Shown piece after piece: positions 12,801 to 21,200 of a DNA stretch of 64,000 nucleotides. How positions within the stretch are numbered: the first letter of the stretch is position 1; each line of letters opens with the position of its first letter. The notes under the pieces are model-generated. The model saw only the letters and a program-made list of their open reading frames with translations, had not been told where the DNA came from and ran no database searches. Source of the DNA: Gemmatimonadota bacterium. GTDB taxonomy: Bacteria; Gemmatimonadota; Gemmatimonadetes; Gemmatimonadales; GWC2-71-9. The position numbers and the translations under genes were made by a program. The stretch covers positions 1 through 64,000 of the forward strand of contig JBDHAB010000014.1 of assembly GCA_039588295.1 (NCBI GenBank), read 5' to 3'.

Positions 12801-14614
12801 TGCGACGTGTCGATGATGAAGTGCCAAACATCGACCGACGAAGTGGACGCAATCGTCACCCCTGTCGAAGAGGGGCCGTCCGTTGGGCCACCAGGGCCAC
12901 GCGCAATAACACGCCAGTTCGGATTCGTTCCGGGATCGGCCACGAACCCGATGTATTCCTCCGCACCCGCCGGGTCCGCGTTGTTAACCGCGAGTTGGGA
13001 GAACCCCGTTGCGGTCGAGAATCCCATGAAGATTCGCGTGTCCGAAGTGTCCGTGGTGAACAGGGAAAAATGAGCCGCGAACTTGTACGACGCGCGATGC
13101 GGGAACAGTCCAGCACCGGCATCCATGTCGAACGCCGCAAAATCGTTGGGCGCGGGGAGCGAGAACGAGTTGACGCTTCCGGACTGAAACGTATGCGCGC
13201 GACTGATCGTGCCGGCGGTACCGCCGTCATCGAACTGGATCTGATTGAGGATGCCCGAGGAATCAAACTCGAACTGAGCGCCGCCACCGACGTTCTTGGC
13301 AGCCGGGGACAAGTAGCCCCACTGCATCTGATTGAAGCTCTCGATGAAGTCTCCGGCGAACGCGAGTTGGAGCCACCCCGTCGCGGACCCGTTCTTGTTC
13401 ACCCAGAGCTCACCAATCCCCGTGTCGAGACGTTGGTAAACATCTCCTTCGTCGCCGGGAGTACCTCCCCCGGCGTTGGGGTCTCCGGTGCCGCGCTTGA
13501 TGTTGTCGGATTGGAAAATCCCGTCAGCTTGAACGATCCCATCGTCCGCGCCTCCCCCTCCGCTTCCTGGACGCAAACGAATGACTCCGCCCTCACCACC
13601 ACCCGGCCCTCCCGAGCCAGCTTGTAATACGATCCATCCTCCGTCTACAGCATCAGCCGAGTTACCTCCCCACAGGTTGACGTTGCCGCCTTGTCCGGCG
13701 TTGAAGACGTTCGAGATCGCAGGAGGAGTGGTCGCGCTACCACCGACGATGTTGATGCTGGCGCCGTCCCCTGTGCTGAGGCTATCGCCTCCCCACAGAC
13801 CAATACGTCCGCCACGATCGGTGCCCGTAGGTCCGGCACCACCGTAGAGGTTGACCTCTCCACCTTGAGCACCACCACCGCTTCGAAGGGTGATCTCTCC
13901 GCCGTTCCCACCAACGAGACTGGTGCCCGTTTGAACGAGAACCCCTCCGCTGCTTCCACTGCCTCCTGGAGTCGGAGTCGTGAACTGGAGATTCCCGGTA
14001 TCGCCCCCGACAGTCGTACCGCTCGTGAGCGTGATGCGACCGCCGTCACCGGTCACGCCGGTAGCCGGACCACCAACGATGTTGACCGTGGCACCGGCCC
14101 CACCAACCGAGTTCTCCGCACCAATGATGGAGTCACCGCTGGTGATGACGATGTTCTGGCCGCCGGTGAAATCACCGATCGCCAAGGTCTCGGAGAGGTT
14201 CTCGCCCCCGAGGTCGTCGGAGATCTGCACCCAGGTCGTGTCGTCAGCCTGGATCTGCCACAGGCTCGGGGTGCCCGTGCTGGCGTAAAACGAACCGGGA
14301 CCCACACCGGAGATCAGGCCATTCGGATCAGCCTCGACCCCGACGTGAAACCCCGCGACCGTCACCGGATTGGTGGGATCCACGCCCAGCGCCATCACGA
14401 AAATGGGCTGTCCGATGTCGTCGATCCGGTTGGCGAAGATCAGATTCGAGACGGTCTGATCGATCTCACTTTTGCCGTTCGTAACGAGTAGGTCGCACGG
14501 CAACGGAGGCGGCAGTGTTTGGTCCCCCGCGGGTACGTCATACCCACGGACCCAGGTTCCCTGGAAAATGTCGGCGTCTACGCCTGGGCGTCTATTGACG
14601 GGAGGATTGGCCAT
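6875..14614 (-). CDS. Giant Gly-rich virion/fiber protein (2579 aa)
   Basis: Uninterrupted ORF; GxGGxGG repeats and three internally repeated domains. Confidence 0.8.
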   Translation of the reverse strand: MANPPVNRRPGVDADIFQGTWVRGYDVPAGDQTLPPPLPCDLLVTNGKSEIDQTVSNLIFANRIDDIGQPIFVMALGVDPTNPVTVAGFHVGVEADPNGLISGVGPGSFYASTGTPSLWQIQADDTTWVQISDDLGGENLSETLAIGDFTGGQNIVITSGDSIIGAENSVGGAGATVNIVGGPATGVTGDGGRITLTSGTTVGGDTGNLQFTTPTPGGSGSSGGVLVQTGTSLVGGNGGEITLRSGGGAQGGEVNLYGGAGPTGTDRGGRIGLWGGDSLSTGDGASINIVGGSATTPPAISNVFNAGQGGNVNLWGGNSADAVDGGWIVLQAGSGGPGGGEGGVIRLRPGSGGGGADDGIVQADGIFQSDNIKRGTGDPNAGGGTPGDEGDVYQRLDTGIGELWVNKNGSATGWLQLAFAGDFIESFNQMQWGYLSPAAKNVGGGAQFEFDSSGILNQIQFDDGGTAGTISRAHTFQSGSVNSFSLPAPNDFAAFDMDAGAGLFPHRASYKFAAHFSLFTTDTSDTRIFMGFSTATGFSQLAVNNADPAGAEEYIGFVADPGTNPNWRVIARGPGGPTDGPSSTGVTIASTSSVDVWHFIIDTSQYPTIQFFIFDESLNLLSSNTLSTSVPGALVNMGMIIGSRRINPGGGNVFVGHSTVVNQKGTVADGAGVATGGLTLAEVLINGNESGLNNIVFRNSFGIAGELDGNGGDGANVNVFSGFTSLAGNDTGFMAIGSAGRIFVGGSGNTNTLQMLSGGQFDGPSTGDTGTTIVGTGFTAGSGDTGDLSLLSGNAETGTTGDVLITTGVLAVSGTQGSVLIAPGTTVPNPATTTGTIVMKGGSTSLAGVTGGDVLIFSGEASGATGDTGDIIVETFDVNLDGNSGRVELSTGDGGINAGDSGFLNIRTGDAIAGNTGFLGIATGTAGNGTGGTIIVSVGDSTSGAGSNITVAAGDTSDAAALGGDISLTPGTGGLGNGAVIVNGKLTVTGAIDPTALLLEGQAIIPPEVIPNASQGTLWVDNTGPSGQLIYTNSDGDNNITTGGGATALNDLTDVTIAAPAPGEVLMLNGALQWVNAVGFGGAPLDTILVAGNTTGNLPIVVEDSLGSRITSDGNLTLDPAVAGGNAVIIDGLLWPEADGVAGQVLTTNGAGQLSFQPGGGGGGGTFAEAFAQMQFGQWVAIDTGAVPIGGGLPNITGFFGTVPPLEPSPGPGTTVSTLNGVQASYVTLGVADSDAGLQITGSTVADDSKYFTSIKFVTGVGGAYNMFAGLTTASGGTPFADQLAFPGTPNEDYVGVQLVDDQGQINLHFVTDNASGAPLTVDTGILPSGSTAFWIDIDSTVVGAITLSLYDVDRNLLAATTFNAQLPSPATLLSHMAAVRSRDAVARFMSIWSVTCITRADLLGAIGGGGGNQDLASVLGFGRETGGLTIQGDDSGAGSGVDLSLAGGTSTGGGGAGGDILFTGGAPDPAGIGGAGNLVMATGGGAGTGDGGDLSITLGPGGPGGGSGGSILTALGDGAGTGSGGIWSLTAGDSGPGIGSFAGAVNFTTGSGGVGSGAAGGRFNVITGAGDGTGNGGGVLYTTGAGGAGGGDGGSFIVSLGIGNGGGVDGKLLVVGDVDISGKLTVGGMIDPPGLLMSSSGVVPFTPAGSEGGIWVNNSGELIFTNTGGDLNLSTAIGGGLGFLDALLISGYGFMGPGNPIGGPESYGVYGGSVNFDVDPPGAITFGTDPDGPLLVLSLGAVAGAQAYESTADLTISRDQQFKALFKFQSSSPAHTDERIFIGFTDDASLTTPATMLASPAPVGGLQYMGLYQSLGGVTFEFIAQGSGGAMVNVFALPNDGLVHYLQIDASASSGDVTFTVFDSDGVTISNGGLATHTEPDVGFVLPDLSLATRPFVGLASAVSTTPRTLDFYFSSIITRADVVDSVVGLGGGGGGISPLEDVLGAGDITNGNDIEFTDGDKIRGEDLGTGTGGSVDVVAGDETVGGVGTAGGDVGIAPGSVTAGVGGRAGTTYVGASVSVGSGIDGSAGAGVIDGGDGADLLLFSGSGGLNLTGDGGAAGTFNFLGGNGGAADEGASPNNAGNGTDIIFFGGSGGDGNHSAGEGRGGDSGDFAALLGIGGDGVGTTAGLGGFGGDLSFFSGAGGDGTAVASGIGTGRAAGDLAVLLGSGGDGTGVDGGVAGDGGVSTTFTGPGGDAISIASGTATAGDGGSWDVLTGPGGNGTGFAGATAGVGGDFTAVLGDGGIGIAVTSGTGVGALGGGVALAGGGGGDGTGVDGGTGGAGGSYAFVGGFGADGTAITTGTGTGGAGGDFEGALGFGGVGTGRDGGVGGAGGHFAFAPGGGGDAVATVAGTATGGLGGGFLVSNGDGGDSSGIAGVPSVAGAGGEVLFDAGDGGDGIANDIEGGAGGDVTFIAGAGGIGIGTETGGAGGIVTVFAGDGGGGTAADGLPGDVVIGAGAPATPGAGPGPAGGKITLGAAGNDDALDDDAPALKFGSITIPAGPWPGPTPILYTSPLPVGHAARSIQLTVEATPAEFPAAAMTAFVITGSNGGAGFTFDIFPPPPGAGPITIHWVAFT

Positions 14615-14619
14615 GGTCG

Positions 14620-15195
14620 CTAGGGCTCCGTCTTGGGCGGAGGCGACCCGTTGGGGGCCGTCTCCTGCCTAGGGGTGCCCATAGGCTCTTTCGCGGAACC
14701 CTCCGACTGATCGAGAAAACCCGCCGAGCTCGCCAAAACTTGACCCTGGGGGATGCCCGTCCGGGACTCGGCCACGGCCACGGCCTTCTCGCCGCTCACA
14801 GCGAGCCCACGAGCCCGGGACGTTGCCATGATGGCTTCCTGCTTGAGCGTCTCCTCCAGGGCTGAGATGGCCGACAGGGACCCCTCCTGCCTGAGAATCC
14901 CCTCCTTGGCCTGCTCTTGGAGGCTCACCATGTTTTTCACGGCCTCCTCCAGCCCTTCTTGGACCATTTTCGAAGGAGGCTCCTCAGCCGTCTCGAAGGA
15001 CTGCTTGCGTTGGGCCAGAACTTGCTGCCCCAACGTGAAAATCTCCATCATCAAACGAAACTTCGCGAGGTCCCGTTCGGCAAACTCTTTTCGTTCGGTC
15101 GCGATTTTGCGGTGACTTTCCGCAACGCCCGCTTGGGTCTCCGCGCGCAGCTTGTGCTCGTCCACTTGCTCTCGAAGTCGAGTTCCGTCTTGCAT
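14620..15195 (-). CDS. Coiled-coil hypothetical protein
   Basis: GGAG RBS before MQDGTRL; charged helical sequence. Confidence 0.65.
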   Translation of the reverse strand: MQDGTRLREQVDEHKLRAETQAGVAESHRKIATERKEFAERDLAKFRLMMEIFTLGQQVLAQRKQSFETAEEPPSKMVQEGLEEAVKNMVSLQEQAKEGILRQEGSLSAISALEETLKQEAIMATSRARGLAVSGEKAVAVAESRTGIPQGQVLASSAGFLDQSEGSAKEPMGTPRQETAPNGSPPPKTEP

Positions 15196-15280
15196 CTGTT
15201 TTTCTCCATCCGTCTGTGTGTGTGTTTGACAGCCCAAAGAGGTCCTCCACATCAATGTGGAGGACCTTCGTTCGCTATGA

Positions 15281-18200
15281 CTACGCCGTGGTGTTCGTCG
15301 CGTTCTGGGTGTAAGAGATGGTGACGACATCACCGGCCGAGAACGTGGGGCCAGCAGCCGATACATCGATCGTATTGCCAACGCCACTCGACACATCGCC
15401 GCCCGCGTTCATCAACAGCAGCCCATTCAGGTAAATCTGGGCATCGAAGTTGAAGTCGAAATCGGTTGTCGGCTTCACCGCGATCACACCTCCGGTGAAA
15501 TCCGACGCAGAAAGGTTGCCGCTCGGCCCCACCCCAGCACCCGTGATGGTGTCCTGGAAGAAGTTTTTCGTAACCGCGGTCCCAGAGGTAGTGATCGGTT
15601 CCCAAGTTGAGCCATCGTCGCCACCACCGGAAGCATCGATCTGCACGTACAGAGTGTTTCCGGTCGCACCGGCCCCTGTGTTGAGGCAGAAAAGCGATCC
15701 ACCCGGAGCGGTGTGGGTCGGAATCGTATCGCCCGCGTAAACCTTGGAGTTACCGCTGCCACCGCCCGTAGCGGCCAGAGCGATGAAGGCTTCGTCGTTG
15801 TCCTGGACACCCAGGATCTGAAACTCACCATGAGCTCCCGTCGTGAAGCCATCACCCGGAGTCATCCGGATATCAGGGCCATCGGCAGTGCCCGCCGTCG
15901 AATCTCCTGTCGTGACCGCATAGATATTGCCCGAAGCGTCGGCCGCATTGGCCGTGGTGAAAGCCATCGTGGTGCCGGCGTCCACGGACATCGCCGTCGT
16001 CGCTTCGATGGAGATGGTCGTCACCGCGAGCATGTCGATGGCGGCCCCCGCGTCGATGTCCATGCTGTCCACCGAGTTGAGGATCACGTTGCCGGTCGTG
16101 AGAGTGGCGAACGTATTGTTGCCGCTCGTGGCCGTGAAGTTACAGGCGCCGACACCGTCGGCAGTCAAGGACCCTGTGGAGTTCAGGTCCAACCCAAGAG
16201 TGCCTCCGTCCACGGTGGTGAGGGACGTCGTGTTGGTCGATCCGATGGTGGTGGTCTTGATGCCCGCACCGGTATTGAAGTTGGCGGCCTGGGTGAACGC
16301 ACCGGTACCGAGATTGAGAGTGGCGCTATTCTCTTCACCGATGTTGATCGTGGCACTCCCACCACCGACCCCGGACCTCAAAGCCTGGACCGAGACGATC
16401 GAGCTGCCCGCCGTCCCGTTAGAGTTAATAGCCTCCAACCGGGTGGTGGCGAGATCCCCGTTGGTCGTTACGTCCGTTTTGAGGGTGAGGGTGGACGAAG
16501 CCGCCCCGGTGATCGTGAAGTTCGATGCCGTGGCCGTCGAATCGAGAGACACAGGCCCCGTGGCGTCGGCCAAGATGCCGGCCGTACCACCCGCGATAGT
16601 CACCCCATTGGCGAGATTGGCCTCACCGATGTTGACAATGTCTGCACCAACGGCCGGCGCGAAACGAAGGAGCCGGTGGCCGCCCGTCGCACTGCTCCAT
16701 TCCAGGAACTCGGCATCGTTGATGAACCATTCGAAGCTGTCACCCGACACCGAACCCTGTGTGGCCGAGGAACCACCCGTCGTGGCGACCACCGAAACGA
16801 GATCACCACCCGCGGTGACGATGTTCACGTAAGTGGCCAGACCAATGTCGTTGAACGCCCGTGCGACCAAAACCTCGCCAGTCGTGTCCACGCGCTCGGC
16901 CGTGATGGTCGCGCGACGCACGGTAGCCGTGAGCCCCGTTTGTGACGTGACCTGATTGTTGAAAAACTCGAAACCGGCCCCGGGGGCCGCGTCCAAAGTC
17001 AGGGCCGTGCCTGCGATGCCAGCGACAACAAACAACCCACGGTTCTCCTCAAAGGTCGATCCGCCAGGATCAGTCACGAGGAGGACCTCACCGACCGAGT
17101 ACAGGCCGCCCGTCGTCAGGACAGCGGTGGGATTGGTGGCTGCTCCGTTATTCGTGAACGAAGTGATCTCGTCCACCGTGTCTGACGACACGACACTGAT
17201 CGTGTAGTTGTTCGTCGCGACTCCCGCGTCGTTGCCGGTTCCCGAGAAGAGGGCAACGTTTCCCTCGTTCTGGTTCTCCAGGTAGAAGGAAGAAACCTCG
17301 TGGCGGGCCACGCCAGGTGCAACAGTGTCATTACGGTCGAGTTGCGTTGCCTGTGCGAGGAACTTGTTCGGGAAATTGTAAGTCCAACCTTTCTCTGCGG
17401 CGGCGGCAGTAGAGGATCCTGCCGTCCAGTTCAAGGTCGTGTCAGCGTCCGCGTTACCGACGTTGAGCGTGTTGTCCACGCCAACACCCGTGAGGATGTT
17501 GGCCGTGTTGGCACCGACGGTGCCCGTAGCGACGTTGACGGTACCGAGTTCCTGCGTCTGAATGTTGACGACACCAGGGTCCCCGATGAGCGCGGAGGTA
17601 GCGTCGATGTTTACCGCCGGGGTGCCCCCCGCGGCATTACTAGCCGTCGCGACGAGATCGAGATTGGCGACACCAGCAGCCCCGGTGTTGTCGACGGTGA
17701 AGGTCAGTACCGCAGTACCACCAGCGGTGGTTTGCGTGATGCTCGAATCCGTGATCGAATCGATCGTGAAGTTACCACCCGAATTGAGGTCGAGATCCCC
17801 CGACCCCGCGTTGATCGTGGTGTCCGAGCTCGTGTTTTCCGATCCGAGAGTGGTGCTCTTGACCCCCGCACCCGTGTTGAACATGGCCGTCTGGGTGAAG
17901 GGACCCGTTCCGACATTGACTGCGGCACCCTGAGTGGTCGCCATGTTGATGGTGATGGCACCGCCACCAGCACCCGCACGCTCGGCCTCTAGGTTGAGCG
18001 TCGCGGTGCCGGCCGTGACGTTGGTGGACTCAGCCAGGACAGTCACCGTTCCGGTGTTCCCGTTGCCATCGGCCGAACCGGTAACCGTCACCGTCGCGTC
18101 ACCCGTAGAGGTGTTCTCGGCCTCCACGAGCATCGTAGAGGTGGTCGCGGTGCCGCTAGTGGCTTTGACGGTCCCGGTTTCGAAACCATCGGTCTCGAAA

Positions 18201-21200
18201 GCACTAGCCGCCCCGCTACCCGTGAAGGTCACGTCAGCGCCAGAATCCGGGATGACGGTGAAACCACCGTCCGCGCCGACCGTGAGGTGATTGAGGATGC
18301 CGTCCGTGCAGCGGAAAGCGTGCGAGCTCGACGTATTCAAGATGGCGACCCCTGGGCCGTCCCCGAGAAGATTGTTCACCTGGAAGGCGGTGCCCGACTC
18401 GGTCGAGTTGCCGTTGACCTCGACCAGAGAACCACTGCCGTTCGGCGTGCCCGTGATCGAGAGGGCCGTGGTCGGTGTCGGCGTCGTGTGGGTCGGCACC
18501 GTGATGGTAGCCATGTCGGCGAGGACAGAGTCGATGGTGCCCGCGATGGCGAAGGGACCATCCGCAGCCGTCGTGGTAAACGACGGAGTGTTGGGCGAAC
18601 TCGTGTTGTAGACCTCTTGGAAGGTCGAGTTTCCACTCGCCACGGTGGTGTAGGTCACAACACCGCCCGTAACACCCTCAGCAAATTCGAAGACTCCCGC
18701 GTTCTGACGCCAGATCGAGAGCTCGACCTCCCGGACAGCCGCGCTGGCGTCCGCGCCACCCACGACGTTCGAGGCCAGCCACGCCTCGGTGACGGGGGTG
18801 CCACCCACCCCGTAGAGGGTGAGCACGTCCGCGGCGATTCCGGCGATGCGGAAGATCTTGCTGTTGTTCAGGTTGGCAGACGAGAAAACGGCGATGAAGT
18901 TACCGACGGTGAAGGTGGCGCCTTCGCCCACCCCGACCGTGATGGAAGGCGCGTTCGTGGCCGGCCCGATGCCAGCAGTGAACGAGACCGAGGTGCCGGT
19001 CCCGGCCCCGGTGATGCTGACGATGTGGACGTCGCCGCTCGTGGTGTCAACGGCGGAGTCGTAGCCGTCCGAACCCGCGCCCCAACTGACGTAGGCGTCA
19101 CCGAACGTGCTGTTGTTGTAGGCCATGAAGCCAGCGGTGGCCTCGTAGGTGCCGACGGCGGTGTCCGACGTCGGGTCGTTGTTGGACATCTGGATGATCC
19201 AACCGTGTTGGCCATTCACCGCAACAGCGCCCGGGGAGGTGTCCGTGATCTCAGTCCCGGTCGTGGCATTGCCGCGGGCGATCGTGTTGGCGAAACCTCC
19301 GGTCCCGGTATTGATATCGGTCGCGGTGGTGGTACCGACGTTCACGCTGCCCGAGGGGCCTCCGGCGATATTGGTAGCCGACGTGGTCGTAACCGAACCG
19401 AGGTTCGCTGTGGTAACCGGAGCTCCGTTACCGAGGTTGAGCTCCATAGAAACAGCCAACGCCGCCGTCCCGACGTTGACCACTCCAATCCCCGACATGC
19501 TCCCACTCGTGTGGAGGTTGGCCGTAGCGGTGCCCGTGGCGTTGACGACGACAGGGTCGAAGACCAGATTGGCCTCAGTAGCCGCAGAACCCCCCGACCC
19601 GGTGACCGTGATCTCTCCCAGGGCCACGGCCGTCGCCGAATCCGACGTATTGGTGATGAGGATCCTTGTGTTGACCTCCCCCGAGCTCTCCGCTCCCGAG
19701 GTGGTGAGCGTCATGTTTCCAGTACCGGCGTTGAGGGCCGTGGACGACGGGCCGGTAATGGAGCCCATCGTGACGATGTTGGTGTTCACTCCCGTGCTGA
19801 AGTTACTCGTGTTGGTCGTGCTGCCGGTGTTGGTGTTAACGTTGACGACGCTGGCACCCGCGATACCGTTGTCGGCCTGGATGTTGACGTTCCCGGTGCC
19901 GGAGGTCGACGTCACGTTGGAGTAGACATCGAGGTTCGACGTCGTCACGGCGGTGGCGCCAGTGGCCTCCGCCGTGAACATCGCGCTGGCGACGGCCGCC
20001 GCCGTGTTGTCCGCATTGACGACCGCGATGTCGTTGGCGATGGTGCCCCCCGTGCTGCCCGAAGAGGTGACGGTGAAACCGCCGGTGACCGTCGTGAAAT
20101 CGATGGCTCCCGCGCCGAGGGCGTCGACCGTGAAAGAGGACCCTGACGTCATGTCGAAGTCGATGCCACCGGCCGCCGTCCAGACGGCGATGTTCGTGCT
20201 CCCGTCCCGGAACTCGGCGATGTTGCCGGTGCCTGTCGAATCAACGATCAGACCGATCCCATCGCCCGAGGTACCGATAACCGCGGACGCGGCACCCTCA
20301 TCGGACGGGTTCGTGATCGTGAAAAGGTCCCCGCTGTTCAGGTCGTCGCCGGCCAGGTTCAACAACGGCTGGGCGGTGGCGGCCGTCATCACACCGTTTT
20401 CGAGCCCCATGACCGTAACGGTCCCGTCGATCTCGCCTGCGATGTTGAAAGAGGAATCCGCCGCCGTCACGACGAACATCGGGTCATCGCCGGTGCTGGC
20501 CGAATAGGTTGCCGCGAAGTCCGATCCTGCGGCGGTCGCAAGAGGAACGAACGAGGTTGCGGAATCGCTGTCGCCGTCCGCTACCTCCCAAGTACCGGAA
20601 CCGGTGCATCGCATGACGCAAAGGTCGGCCTTGAGAAGGGTTCCGGACGCGGTCGCCTCTGCCTGGATAGCCGTCTTGAACCATGGGTACGTCGGGGTCG
20701 TGTCGATGGTGATGAGGCTATCGGCAATTGCCCCGACCACATACAGGCCGTTGATGCACTCGAAGTTGCTGCCGACGGCAATGATGTAGTCGCCAACCGA
20801 CAGAACCGGAGCACCCGCATCCACCGTGAAAGTCGTGGCCGTAGTTGCCGAGTAAGTGTCACCAGGCGTGTACGTGGTGGCCGCAGAAACAATCACCGTA
20901 CCACCTGAGAGACCCGTGGTGTTGGCCTGAGCGTTCAGCGTGATGAAGTTCTGACCGTTACCACCCGCACCGAAGTAGTGGTGCAGGTTGGAGTCCCGGA
21001 TGTGATCCGAAGTGTCCGACCCGACGGAGGACAGGATACAAGCCCCCGAGTCGAAAAAGATCTCTTCCCCGGACGTCAGAATAACGTCGCGGGTCGCCGT
21101 CGCCGTAACGTCCTGGCTGGCCGTAAGGGCCACGTCAGCACCGGTCGTGGCCGTGTCCCCGGTGGAGAGGATGATGCCGCCATCCACCGTCGAACCATCA